Origin: Saccostrea echinata
Lineage: Eukaryota
Assembly (NCBI RefSeq): GCF_033153115.1
Contig: NW_026889772.1
Location: forward strand, 9,858,001 to 9,922,000
Direction: 5' to 3'
DNA length: 64,000 bases
Every line of letters begins with the position of its first letter. Position 1 is the stretch's first letter. The notes under the pieces are model-generated. The model was not told where the DNA came from. It made no database searches and was given only the letters and a program-made list of their open reading frames with translations. Below are positions 1 to 13,912 of the stretch, in pieces. The position numbers were made by a program, and so were the translations under genes.

Positions 1-938
1 AAATAAAGAAAAGGCGCATTCGTATAGGCCTCGGGGAATTTTATTAAACATATTCCTCACACAATTAATACAGTTCGGTCGATTTTCCATGTGTAATTTC
101 TGTGGAACTTCGTAAAAATCGATTCCTACAGCTGTCTGCAATGGCCGAACTTCTTGCTTAATCAATCCAAAAAATATTTTCTTGTGTCTAGTTTAATAAA
201 AATTCTATTTAGACCAGTGGTTTAACTCTTTAGAAGTTAACTTTCAATCGATCTTTGGATCTTTGTCTAAATAAATCTCAAAAGAATCATGTTAAACACA
301 AGCTCCTCATACTTTACTGGTATGGTGGGCACTTACTGCTATAATATTCATTTTTTTCTACATTTGAATGTAACATTTATTCTTTATCTACTTTTAGGAT
401 GAAGTTGCGATTTCTGTACGACCTTTTGTGGTTTAGTATGCATATTTGTGATGAATCTACTATATTTAGTCAATGATTTTGAATAAAAGATTTACAAAGT
501 GACAGTTGCAATTATTCTTGTTTTCATTCCAAGAACATCGTTTTGAAGCAATTATTATATCATGATCTCACCGTATATTTTATTTTTATACGGAATAAAG
601 CCATCGCGTACAAAATAAAACGAAATAAAAGCAAATTCTTCTCTTTCCTTTTATTTCCTAAATGAAAATTGACACTAATGTGCCTCCGTAGTTAAATCAG
701 ACTTTTGACCTGGTTTGAAAAAGATCATCATTTTTTATTGGTTTAAATTATTTGATTGGTTGCCCGGATGATAAATATAGAAAGTTAGAAACACGATCAA
801 CAGATGCAACAACGTTCGGGAAGGAGAGAATATTTCTTTTTAAAGTAAAAACACAGAAACGTTGTACTTGTTTACGTTGATGACGATTTGGACAAAAAAT
901 TGAACGACACTGCGCAAAATTCTCCGCGTTGAATTTCC

Positions 939-1759
939 GGTAACGGGACGTTTCGCCCCTATTGACGTTTCGCGCCCAGACCATTCGCCCCTAAAGACGT
1001 TTCGCGCCGAGACGTTTTGCGCCCAATTTAATCTACATTGTCTACAACGATATATATATACAATATATACAATGATATATTACGATGTTTTAAGATAAAT
1101 ATTTATATATAAGGTTAATATTGACTGTGTTAAAAAAAGTTCTAAGGTTACTAAAAAACTTTTATGTTTTAAAAGTTGTTGAAAATAGGCTTATACCATA
1201 ATTAAATGTATAATTATCCATGTGCAGATATAATTATGTTTATTCAGCAATCATAATTGTCTGATTCAGTTTTGTAATTAGGGTGTTATAACTATAATTT
1301 GGAGATTCTTCATCATGTCAAGATAAAGAGGAGAATTAAATTATGAGACGGGTGTCAAGTTCATTTTACCGTTGCTCAATAGCTAGGATGCACACTGACT
1401 CCAATTTTCTTTGCGATTTTGAGTAATGCTATATAAGCATGATAAGTTCTTATCAAAAATATACTTCTCAAAAAAATCTTTTCATATAACTAATTTCAAA
1501 AGTGACATTTCTATGCCTGTTACATCAAAATAGATATTTTTTTCTTTTAAATCATCATGTCATTAAAATAATCACGGGTTATTGATTGAACCAATGGATT
1601 GGATTTATATAGCACAGTACAAAAGTTATTAAGAAGTTAATAATTGCTGTTAACAAGTGATAATTACCACATAATTGATTAATTGATCTTCGGCGCGAAC
1701 CGTCTTGGGGCGAAACGTCTCAGCGCGAATAGTCTTTCGGGGCGAACCGTCCCGCACTC
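939..1759. mobile_element. Non-autonomous DNA transposon (MITE-like) with subterminal inverted repeats; superfamily unassigned
   Basis: Left end GGTAACGGGACGTTTCGCCCC with repeated GACGTTTCGCGCC; right end carries the inverted GGCGCGAA/GGGGCGAAACGTC motifs. Direct repeat GAATTTCC(G) at 931-939 and 1760-1768. A near-identical left part occurs at 60726-61203. Confidence 0.85.
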
Positions 1760-1961
1760 GAATTTCCGATTTTTTTTGTTCATAGTACCGATAAATGTCT
1801 ATATTTTATTCCCCACGAGTTAATATTATGCGCCATTTTACCCCATTCCACAGAATTGAACAAAACGATTTTTCTCTCCCAAATGGTCAGTAAATATCGA
1901 CTCCGATATGGGCGATTGACCACCAAACGGGGGTTAAATGACCATTTGGTGGTGTGTGCCC

Positions 1962-4900
1962 GAATTATGGACGTTTCGGGACCTGACAACACGTTTCGGG
2001 ACTTGGGTTAACACGTTTCGGGACTTGGGCTAACACGTTTCGGGACTTGTAAATATTTTGTAAAGGAAATGAAATAAAACTTGTTTACTTGTGTTTTTAT
2101 GTTTATACATGTATAATTTCTCAGTTTGATACACAATTTATAATTTAAGATGCACTGATTGGAGTTATTAGTTTTAAAGTTTGCCTGCGGCATGGAGCAC
2201 GCCTGCCGAGAAAATCAAACGCCCGCGGTGTTGTCTCTTTAATTTCTTATTACAGTATTTGATATATTACCTTTATAAAGTATTTGGTTTACATTTGACC
2301 AAAATTTAATTCAAAATTTTTTTAAAATATGTACATGATGTATTTGATTTATTTATAGTGTTTGATACGAGAGTTTGTAGAATTAAAGCCGGGAGACAAT
2401 CGTAACTGCTGTGTGAAGACCACGGACGTGTTTTTCTTTCTAAGACTTAATTTCTTTCTCTCCTTTTTAATAATAATTTTAGGTATTTGATTTCATATTT
2501 GTTTACAAAATTTACAAAGGCTCAGGCTAGCATATGTGCAGTAAAAATTTTACGTTTTACGGGTAGTTGTTTTGAATCAGAATCTGAAATATTCCATGTT
2601 CAACTTTTTAAACATCAATGTATAAAATTTATAATTATTATTTCAGGTTATATATGCAACAAAATCATAAAAGCAAATTTATACAAAATGTTATGGGTAA
2701 GAGAAATGTTATAACTTAAGCTATAAACTTCCTACACATCCATGTATGCGTTAAGCAGAGAAGGAAAAAAAAACGAAATGGGTAAGAAAATCAGCATGTA
2801 TTTGACATTTAAAAAATATATAACGTCAAAGAACGGCTTGCAAAGTAAATTTTACTGAAAGTATGATGTGTGTATATATATATCATGTATGCAACATTTG
2901 GAAATAAACCAAACTTACTAATTTTCAAAATATAAACACGTTCAACTTATTTTTCATCTTAACGTTTCAAAGTTAGACAATTTCTTCATCTATGCAAAGT
3001 ACATGTACTCGATGGCTTAAGAAAAATGATGAAAGTAATCGATTTTATTCATTTATTTTAATTAGAAAAAAATTATTCCCACGAAAGTCCCAAATATTCC
3101 CGCTATATATTATTGTACTATCAAAATTGTTAATTTGTCTACAATGATATGGATGTCTGAATTTATGTTTACTGTGTATACACAGACTACAAATCTCAAT
3201 GAAACTCAATTATCGATCTTCTTATATACCCGACCAGTGCGTAATATTATATGTGGTGTTACATAGTTAGGTACATGACAAACTTTAAATAATACTGTAA
3301 ATAAATACTAAATATTATTTAATTTGCAAATATTAAATTTTTCATGCTACATGTACGTTGTAAAAGTGTTTAAAAGACATTCCACATTGACTACGTTAAC
3401 AGGTCAACTTAAATTTCAAATTTCCACCTTGCCACATTAAATAGATAAAGCTATGATGAAATTTAAAATGTTTTTAAAGACATTATTTGAAACGATATCA
3501 AATGAAATCATGTTGTTTATACCATTTAATGCTTTTTTTAAAGTATGGTATTTTTTTTTAATTTAGGGCCAATGTTCTCGCAACATTTGTAAAATATGTT
3601 TATTTGCAATGTTTTGGAAACTTTAAAAATGTTTTCGTAACATTTCCAGGGAAGAATCTTACAGATACTATGCCAAAACTTTCTGGAAAAAAAATATTTG
3701 AAACCGTTTGGGAAAAGGTAAACAAAATCAAGATCAAAACATTTTGAAAACCTTTATATTTTGTTGAACTATTGTTTGATTCTGAATTATTTCATTTACC
3801 AATAAACAAACGATATTTTTTCCATATTTTTAGATTTTTATTTTCTTAAAATAATTTCAAAAGAAACCACACAATCTTTTTAGTTCCCATTACCGGCGGC
3901 GCCTTTCTACATGTACGTAACACGTACCTCCCTATGTACAGAGTATCAGTTGGGATATGTGTACCTGATCCCAGTTGTTGTTTTAAAAATTTACTGACAT
4001 GTTTTTTAAAGACATATTCGACGGTAGCTGGAGATCACTTGAATATTTTAAAATATCTATCATCAACCTGAGAAGATTAAATTTTGGACCCCCCCCCCCC
4101 CATCACCACACACACAAGAAAAAATAACTAATAAAAAAAATGATAAAAAATTAAAAAGAAATAAAAATGAATATTATAAAGATTTATTCTACTTCATCTG
4201 GATTTACAGTCACTTCGTACACAAACCGAGTCGTACACAAACCAACTCGTATACAAAAAGTCAACTCGTACACAAAAAAAAGTCAACTCGAATACAAACC
4301 AGAAGTCAACTCGTACACAACTCATACATACGTTTTCCTGTGTGATTTAAGGTAATATTTGCCATAGTTTCCAAAAAAAAAAAAACAGAATTGATATACG
4401 TAGTTTTTATATTTCTAAAAAGTTTTCTGTTATGCAAGTAATGCATGTTGATGTAGAATATAATATTTTATAGCATCCTAATTTATTATGCTAAATAGAT
4501 ATATAGTGTAGATAGTAAATTCGATCTAAATACATGGTAAGAATTTAATGGTATACTGTATAACACATTTTTCTTGCACTTATCTAAACTTATTTAAATG
4601 AAAAAAAGTTTCAAAAACTTATCGTCTTGCTGCAGGAAAGACAACTCTCTTGAACCATGGTGAAGTATAAGGAATGAAGAAACTTGGAGACGTTTTCGAT
4701 ACATATAGTATCTCATAATTAAAGGATATAAATTATGAGCATCTCGTAATTAGCGTATGTCGCAGATCCAAGAAACCACCGCGCGGGTGTTGGTTTAACA
4801 ATACTTCTTTGATGTCTTTGATGTTCCTATCCTATCAGGGAAGTTGAATTATTTAAATATTTAGGGGAAAAAAACTTTAAAAACTTAAAGAAAAGTAACA

Positions 4901-5344
4901 CTTCGTGTTATCAAACATTATTTGTATAAAATTAAATCATAACGATTGTATATAAATGTTGTGTACGAGTTGACTTCTGGTTTTTGTGTACGAATTGACT
5001 TTTTGTATACGAGTTGGTTTGTGTACGACTCGGTTTGTGTACGAAGTGACTGGACACCCTTCATCTGTTATGAAAAAAACCGATCAAAGTATATCTTTAT
5101 GACAATTTTTATTATATATATACATAAAAATTAAAATTCGGATTTAGCTTGAAATATTACGTACTATGTGTAATTAGAATAATATGCTATATCACCATAA
5201 TAAAATAATTTGTTTAGATCCCGAAAAAAATTAACTCAAGTCCCGAATCGTCTTTACCCAAGTCCCGAACCGTCTTGTTGCTAGTCCCGAAACGTCGTAT
5301 TAGTCAGGTCCCGAAACGTCGTGGTCCCGAAACATCGTGCACCC
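1962..5344. mobile_element. ~3.4 kb non-autonomous DNA transposon with subterminal ACGTTTCGGGAC repeats
   Basis: Four ACGTTTCGGGAC copies at 1971-2046 and five inverted GTCCCGAA copies at 5240-5335. 8-bp direct repeat GTGTGCCC at 1954-1961 and 5345-5352. No transposase ORF inside. Confidence 0.8.
4201..5058. mobile_element. Nested non-autonomous DNA transposon with ~100-120 bp TIRs built of ACTCGTACAC repeats
   Basis: CAGTCACTTCGTACACAAACCGAGTCGTACAC at the left end and its reverse complement at ~4958-5052. Direct repeat CTTCATCTG at 4192-4200 and 5059-5067. Confidence 0.85.
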
Positions 5345-6061
5345 GTGTGCCCAACCTGGTGATTGAGGAACATCTAGGACATACTAATTCAAATACCTTT
5401 GACTTGATTTTCTTTAAGTTCTCTTTAAATTCTTCTTGCTTTTCTGGCTCCAAAGCCAACCCCTTTCCTATTTTTTTAACTTTTGCCACATGCTTTTCCT
5501 TTTCCATGTTGTCTAAATCTATGTCATACAGATGCTCTCAGTTTAGTATTTTGCTTTTCCGATGTAAAGCGCACGGTTGACTTCTTCGAGTTGAGGGATG
5601 TACTATTTAACGAAATATAGAAGCTTTAGAGACGACACCATTTATGACATTGAAGTGAGACATTTGATAGACTGTTTTAAGAAATATTTTAGTTGAAATC
5701 AAATTTTTCTTTTCATAAGCAAACCTGTTACAAAATAGGAAAAAAAACTTGTACAATTTCTACGAAATAATTATATAAAAAAACATGAAGATAGAGATTG
5801 AATTATTTGTGTCTATGATTTATGATAATACTGAACAAATAAATTTATCTTTTTAATATCAAGAAAGACAAAACATTTTTTGTCGTGTAATACTGCTTTT
5901 GTTCAAAATCGTCCAAAGAGTTTATTGTTTCTTTGATTTCATGTAGTTAACATGTTTTACACGTTTTAGGCTATACTTTTTTTCGGAACACCTCTGATTG
6001 TACCACTTTATAAATCTGTTTTTCCCAAGGTAATCCGACTAAACTTGACAACTGTGTAAAC

Positions 6062-9000
6062 ATGGCTAAAATCGTGATTGCTGGTAAGATTTTACATTAA
6101 AATGATGAAAAAAATATATTTTAATTTTACATGGGAACCATTGTAGTAAAACAAGAATACATAAGACACTTCTAAAAGCGCTTATGATGTATATACCTTA
6201 TAAGTTAGTGCGATAATACTTAAGTGGTTAGCACTGAAGGGGAAGAAGAAGTTATAATTTCCATTTTTACAAGTTATATATACCGATGACTAAATTGGAA
6301 TCTGTCTGCTGCCCAATCCATTCACAATTTTTTTTTTAATTTTAAAATCATATTTTCGTTGAACATAAACCCAGATGATTTTTTTGTGTGCAGGAAAATC
6401 CAATTGTCCATATTATGCCAGATCAGAGCTATTAGGCGACAAACTTTCAAGAAATTTACCAGACTTTCAACTGCATAAAATAGTTGTGAAACCAGAAGAA
6501 TGGGATGTAAGTATAAATTCGTTTTATTCCATGCACTTGTCTAGCTGTATAGTTGTTCCTTTAAGACAAAAAATTGGTCCAAGCTTTCCCAAATTTTTAT
6601 TGCAACCATTATAGTTAAATTTGCAACCATAATAAACAGTTAAACTCAGGTTACAGAAACTTTGCTCATTCTCATCTACTAGCTGTTAGTTCCTGCAGGA
6701 CTTTTCCTTTATCATCATGAAAACTGCAGTTACTTATCTTATTAATATCTCATTATTTATTGAAGACGTGGCTGAAGGACACATGCAGTTCCAGAGAATG
6801 GGAACATAAGAAGTCCCCTTTGGTTTGGCGAGAACTCATTGATAGAGGGGGTAAAGGGGTCCTCATAGGAGGTGCTAATGAATTTCAGGAATATGCAAAT
6901 GGATACTATGGCATTCAATCCACACAAAACAGTGAGGACATGCAAAAGATTTCTGAAGAGAATAAAGCGTACAAAATTGAGGAGGATAAAGAAGAAGAAG
7001 CATTTAAAGCCTTGAGCCACCCACTTCATGTATGCATTACAAATGCCTCAAATTCAGTATGTTACAACTTAATAAATGCAATAGCTAGAGGGGATGTCTT
7101 TGGAGACTCAACAGAGATTTCTTTGCATCTGTTAGATGACAAAGCTAACATGGAATCATTAGAAGGACTTAAAATGGAAGCTATGGACTTGGCACATGGG
7201 CTTCTTAGAGAAATTATTGTGACCTCCGAGGTTTCCAAAGCTTTTGAAGGATGTGATGCAATTATTGTGATGAATGACTTGATTCAATCAGAGAAAGAAA
7301 GCAGAGATGATTTTGTAAAACGGTCTGTTGAGCATCATGTAAAATATGCCAAGGCCATCAATGACAATGCAAAAAAAGAGGTAAAAGTCTTAGTCACAGG
7401 AAATGGGCCGACTAATTTAAATGTTTACATGATGATCCAAAATGCCCCAAACATTCCAAAACAAAACATAGTAGGACTTTCTCGAAGATTGGAAAACAAT
7501 GCTAAGTCTGTGGTAGCAGAAAAACTGAACATAAATCCCAACGGGGTGGTGGATCTAATTGTTTGGGGAAACATCAATGGAGATTCCTTCATTGATATCT
7601 CTAAATGTCGTGTCCATGGTTATGATGGTGCCATCTGGGGACCTCCATCCTTCTCACTTCCTGCTGCTGAAATGATCTGGGATAAGAAGTGGATGGAAAA
7701 TGAGTTTGTTGGTATGAAAATACTTTCTTTTTTTTGGAAAATATAGATTGCTAGCTTTCATTTCTGAAAATTCATTTATAAAAGAATTTCACTTTAAAAA
7801 GAATTTTATGATACATGGATATTTAGACTTGCTATGAAAAGTAATTACATGTACTTCAAAAATGTAGCAAAGGAATCTTAAAAAGAAAAACTATAATACG
7901 ATACATGTCTTTATTGATGCACAGTACATTCTTTTCTATACATTGGTGCTTACTTACTTGATTTATACACCTGACTTTTGCAGAGCTTGTGAAGACCCGC
8001 CACCAGAAAAGTCAGGACATGATGGGACACTCTGCCAGCATGTCCAGAGCAGCTGCTATAGAAACCACAGTAGCTCATTGGTGGAATGGATCACCACAGG
8101 GACAAATCTTTTCCCTTGTTGTGGCATCTGAGGGTAAGCTAAATCCTTGGGTGGCAATTATTGAGACATAGCTTGCCTCGTATTAAAACTGAACATAACA
8201 ATGCATTTCCTATTTGGGTTTCCAGTCAGGAAAATGTGCAATGTAAAAAAATGTATATATTTGTCATTGGACAGAGTTATTAACCCTTATCCTAAGACCA
8301 AGCAGAGTTATCTCCCTCCATGTATTTACAAACAACAGAACTTTGTTTCTTTAAAATAGGAGAAATCGGGCATCAGATTGTATCTTTGGTGTTTTGCATA
8401 TTCCTCCATATATCACATTACATTACTTCTGACTTATTGTGATCAAGTCAAGCTGATGAAAATCAGTGGCTAGATTATATAATTTTATCCCTGTGTTTTA
8501 GGATGGTATGATGTCCCTGAAGGCCTGCCTTGTTCATTCCCAGTGACCATCAGTCCTCAAGGTTCCTGGTCAGTTGTACAAGACCTAGAACAAACTGATG
8601 CCATCAAGGAGAAAATTAAAGTCGCCATTAAGGTGAGGAATCCCAATATGGAGCAGTAGATTGTAGTAATTATATTCTCACGGATGGTTCATTTCAATAT
8701 TGGGGACATTTTTAAAATAATCATTGATTTTTTTAGGACATTATTGCTGATAAAAATGTGATATTTCCCCCACCCAAACCACCAACCCCACCACCTAGTG
8801 AGGTCAAGGTCACCATTGTGGATCCCAAAGACCAGCAGGAAAAGACAGATGGAGGTAAGTTAAAACATTCTTATGCTTAAATTAATATGTCAGATCTACA
8901 AACACCTTACCCTTTCTATGCATATTAGAAATAAATTTTTCGGAACAGAAATTATGAAAGAAATTTATACATGATAATCTATATACATGTATGTTAAATT

Positions 9001-9338
9001 ACACCCAAATCAACCTCACAATGCAATGCTCTAAAATAAACACTGTGCATATGTGTATTCATTTCTTTAGTTCTATATATATATCCATGCATTTTCTGTG
9101 CTGTATTTTAATGTCTTGCAAACTTCTGAAAGTAAATACAAGTATCTTTTCAAAGATCTAATTTAAAAAATCTATCCTTAATATATAAAATGAAGTTTGT
9201 TTTTCTACAGATAAAGCTGCAGAGAGTGATTCTAACACAGAGGCCAAACTGGCCACGATTATTGAGGAGAAAACAGCTGATTCTATGAACCTGAACAATG
9301 GAAAAACACCGGATTCTCAGGAACCCAAACCAGAATAA
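6062..9338 (+). CDS. MDH1B: Malate dehydrogenase 1B-like protein, 7 exons, 535 aa
   Basis: Exons 6062-6083, 6394-6506, 6766-7711, 7984-8133, 8502-8632, 8737-8854, 9211-9338; all GT-AG and phase-consistent. Translation [32 protein letters not shown]...[15 protein letters not shown]...IVWGNING...AIWGP matches the MDH1B family. AATAAA at 9453. Confidence 0.93.
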
Positions 9339-9902
9339 ATCAGCTGGCTGTGTGATGCAGCATTGATGGTGTTACACTTTATATACAAAGGAAACCCACT
9401 GTTAATCATGTCTTACTTTAAATCAAATGTAAATGTATGTAAAGTGCTGTACAATAAAATTATTTATGTTTGCCTTGTAATTTCTTCTCCTCAAATTGTT
9501 ACAAGATGAAATTTTCATATAAAACACAAAAACAATAAGAATTACTTCTTACTTTGATTACATGTACTAGCTTTTTGGGGATAACACATTTTTCGAAAAA
9601 AAAAAAAAATAAATAAATAAATAAATAAATAAATAAAGGCAAAGAAATACCAGGTACATGTATTTGTTCTTTAGTTATTAGATTTCAACTTAAACTAAGT
9701 ATTTCCAATATTAAACTGGTTTTATACTTGATGCCATTTATACTCATTCAAGTTAAAACACTTTGAGGCTCCTTTTCTATTAAAAGTGGGCCATGAGAAA
9801 TAAAGCTTGAACACAAATCCCAACTATAGTTATACCCTACTACATGTATAGTATTATGCTCTAAGGATCTATAGCAAACAAAAAGCAGTGTTACAAAAGT
9901 TA

Positions 9903-11422
9903 GAAGATCTAGTACATGTGTGCTGTGAGAAGAAGATCTAGCATTTGTGTGCTGTGAGAAGATCTAGTATATGTATGCTGTGAGAAGATCTAGTACGAGT
10001 GTGCTGTGAGAAGATCTAGAACATGTTCTGTGAAAAGAATATCTAGTACATGTATGCTGTGAGGTGATCTAGTACATGTATGCTGTGAGAAGGAGAAGAT
10101 CTAGTACATGTATGCTGTGAGATGGAGAGGATTTAGTACATGTATGTTGTGAGGAGAGGATTAAGTACATGTATGCTGTGAGGAGAAGATTTAGTACATG
10201 TATTCTGTGAGAAGGAGGGGATTTAGTACACATAAGCTGTGAGGAGAGGATTTAGTACATGTATGCTGTGAGGAGAGGATTTAGTAAATGTGTGCTGTGA
10301 GAAGATCTATTATATGTATGCTGTGAGAAGATTTAGTACATGTATACTGTAAGGAGAGGATTTAGTACATGTAAACTGTGAGGAGAGGATTAAGTACATG
10401 TATACTGTAAGGAGAAGATTTAATACATGTAAACTGTGAGGAGAGGATTTAGTACATGTATACTGTGAGAAGAGGAGGATTTAGTACATGTATGTTGTGA
10501 GAAGGAGAGGATTTAGTACATGTATGCTGTGAGGAAGAGATTTAGTACATGTACACTGTGAGAAGGAGAAGATTTAGTACTATACTGTGAGAAGGAAAGG
10601 AGAGGATTTAGTACATGTAAGCTGTGAGAAGAGGATTTAGTACATTTATGCTGTGAGGAGAGGATTTAGTAAATGTGTGCTGTGTGAAGATCTATTTCAT
10701 GTATGCTGTGAGAATAAGATCTAGTACATGTGTGCTGTAAGAAGAAGATCTAGTACATGTGTGCTGTACCAAGATCTAGTACATATGTGTTGTGAGAAGA
10801 AGATCTAGTATATGTGTGCTGTGAGAAGAAAATATAGTACATGTGTGCTGTGAGGAGATCTTGTACATGTGTGTTGTGAGAAAAAAATCTAGTGCATGTG
10901 TTTTGTGAGAAGAAGATCTAGTACATATATGCTATGAGAAGAAGATCTAGAACATGTGTGCTGTGAAAAGATCTAGTATGCATATACTGTGAGGAGATCT
11001 AGAACATGTTTGCTGTGAGAGGATTTAGTACATGTATGCTGTGAGGCAAGGATTTAGTACATGTATGCTGTGAGGCAAGGATTTAGTACATGTATGCTGT
11101 GAGAGGATTTAGTACATGTATGCTGTGAGGCGAGGATTTAGTACATGTATGCTGTGAGGCGAGGATTTAGTATGTGTATACTGTGAGGAGATCTAGAACA
11201 TATTTGATGTGAGGAAATGATTTAGTACATGTACGCTGTGAGGAGAAGATTTAGTACATGTATGCTGTAAGAAGGAGAAGCTCTAGTACATGTATGCTGT
11301 GAGGAGGAGATTTAGTACATGTATGCTGTAAGAAGGAGAAGCTCTAGTACATGTATGCTGTGAGGAGGAGATTTAGTACATGTATGCTGTAAGAAGGAGA
11401 AGCTCTAGTATATGTATGCTGT
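9903..11422. repeat. Minisatellite, ~28-33 bp unit (GA)AGATYTAGTACATGTATGCTGTGAG, roughly 50 copies
   Basis: Directly visible tandem array with a variable purine spacer, between the 3' ends of MDH1B and CDV3. Confidence 0.95.
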
Positions 11423-12963
11423 ACTTGATTTGAGGCATCTGTAGTACTCTAAGATCAATTGTAATGTCTTAATACTAACATAAAAAATAAGGTACATAAA
11501 TAAAATTGGAAAATATTCCTTCAATCTTATTATCCTGTAGCAGGTCTGGTGAATGGATGCCTATACTTCGTGTTGTGATTTATTTTAGTTTGTTCCTACT
11601 TTCTTAATATCTTGAATATATTTATAATTTGGAATGAAATATGAACATAAGTAGGTACATATGTATAACAATAATACATGTATCAAACACACCAAGTTTA
11701 TAAATCCTAAATGTAAATTCCCCCAACCTAACTAGCCTAATCTAAGTAATTTATTCAATTAATTAATATTTATTATATTATTAGAATTTTTGGAAAAAAA
11801 AATTACATGTAACCTGCATGGTTTTTACTTACATAACCCATTAAATGAAGACAACATAAAACCTTACTTTCATTACAATTTCCTTAAAGTCTTGATTGAA
11901 CATTTTTCATAGTAAAAATATGAATAGGCTATGAAAAAAGTATTAGTTTGACTGGTATTCGTAATTGTAGCCACCCTGCAATTATTAAATCTTTCCTTTT
12001 TTTTGGAAAAAATAAAATGGATGGTTAAGGTGAATTTACTATGGGCAAAAATAATAATGACTTGCATCTGAAGTGAACCAGTTTATTGAAAGAAACAAGT
12101 TTTAAATCATAAACTCACCAAGACTATTACATGAATAATTCCCTTAGGCTAATAAATTTATAAGATATATTTATTTTATGACACTTCAATTAACAAAAAT
12201 ATGAGGAGAAATATATGGCATAAAATATTGCATGCCCAGTTATTAAAATATCAGTATTTAAAAAAAAAAATCCATTTAAAGTCCAACATACAGTCTTTTG
12301 ATGTGTAATGTTGACAGATATAAGAGTATCAAATTGAAATATTTGTAATGTTAAATTTTTTTTTCTGTTGACACAAAATGGACAGTAAGCCTTGCCAGTG
12401 GTGACTTGTGAGCCACTGACATCCAACATGTCTACCTAAAGACACAATGAATAACAATGTAGTGTAACAAAAGTGTTTTATATTTATCACACATTACCTT
12501 CACACATGGGGCTGCGAATACATAGTGGGATGGATTCATTTTGTAGCGTTCAATTACTCTGCAACATATAATCAGAAATTCTAGTATATGCTTATTAATT
12601 CTGATTAGCTGTTGACATAAAACACTCGCAGCAATACATAGTATAAAGAAGGCTTAGATGTTACAATATATGTATAAATGATGCTAAAAACATGACCAGT
12701 TGCACCATAGGTGTGATATAAACTACAAAAAATTCCAATTCAAAGACTATTTAAGGTCATACGCAACATATCTTACAACATACCTTACCCTTTAATAATT
12801 TTTAAAATTTTCTTGATATAAAATCATAGTACCATCTGATGTTCTTTGACAAAATCATCATACATTATCAGGGGTTTTAAATAGGTATCAAATGATGAAA
12901 TTCCTTGTGATATAAAAAAAAAAATTACCAAACATAAGTATGCAGTTTCAGTTGGGTATTTTC

Positions 12964-13912
12964 TGGGGATGTCAAAATATTTATTTTCCTTAGTCGATTA
13001 TTCGACTGCATTATTCGAACGATAGTCAAATATTCGGAACATTTTCTGAAAATAAAATTTTATTTCAAACTTCACTAGTATATGACATATTATAACTCAA
13101 AAACCTCTTTACTTAAATCTATTTAAAAGGTAACATCAAAATTAATGCAACGTAACACATGTTTATATGAAATAAATTAAGAAACCTAATTCTCCAAAAA
13201 TAATGTATGATTTCCCTGTCAATCAAATTCATAAATCGGTCTGTACGTGCAGTTAGTGTCTATTATAGTAAGTATAAAAAATTGCCAGTCAAAATTTTTT
13301 TAATTCAAAGTTTATTATGAAATAAATTGGGGGAGGGGATTAATATCACACTATCCACACGTCAGGTGCCTGTAAAATTGTTAAACAGTTAGATACTGCT
13401 TATTCAATTATTGATTGCTCAGGCTATGAAGATGTCCTTAAACAGTTTTAAATGTAAGCGAATTCTTTTAATAATTATCGAAGTGTCAAAACATGACACA
13501 GCTATGGTTCGTTCTTTACATTTGAGCAGTCTTAATAATTACAAAAGATAATTGATACACGATTTAAGATCAAGTCCAATTAATTTTTACAAACAAAGCC
13601 CAGTATATTGGTGGGTAATTTATTACAAAAACGACACTATTACTGACAGATAATTGTCGCAGTAGTGAGGAACTTATAATTACTGTACTTTCTTTACGTA
13701 CATGGAAAATCAACCGTTTTTTGTTGAGGAAATTAATCATCGACTTTTTTGAGAAAAGACGGTTTCTCAAATTTTGAGATGAGAATTTCATCTCGTTATC
13801 ACTCTTTTGTTGCATTTATTTATTTGTAATAATATTCGAATGTCGTTTCATTTTTCGATCGTCAGTCCATTCGACTGATAGTCGAATAGTCGACTATTCG
13901 TTGACATCCCTA
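12964..13912. mobile_element. Non-autonomous hAT-type DNA transposon
   Basis: TIR T(G/A)GGGATGTCAA...TTGACATCCCTA, subterminal TCGA/CGAATA motifs, perfect 8-bp TSD GTATTTTC at 12956-12963 and 13913-13920. Confidence 0.88.

Noticed and set aside
390-490. Possible + strand terminal exon (ttttag GATGAAGTT...TAG, AATAAA at ~482)
   Set aside because: Too short, with no upstream exon or homology visible in the window.
748-5507. Three minus-strand ORFs (748-984, 1780-1992, 5304-5507) that might be one gene split by transposons
   Set aside because: Removing the 1962-5344 element and one TSD gives ...LGTHHQMVI*, an early stop. The frames do not join and no family is recognisable. A Lys/Glu-rich exon-like piece at ~5398-5507 remains unexplained.
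11860-12440. Possible extra minus-strand (CDV3 3'UTR) exons suggested by splice-like motifs near 12436, 12118, 12067 and 11867
   Set aside because: These are motifs only, with no coding signal; they cannot be supported without transcript data.
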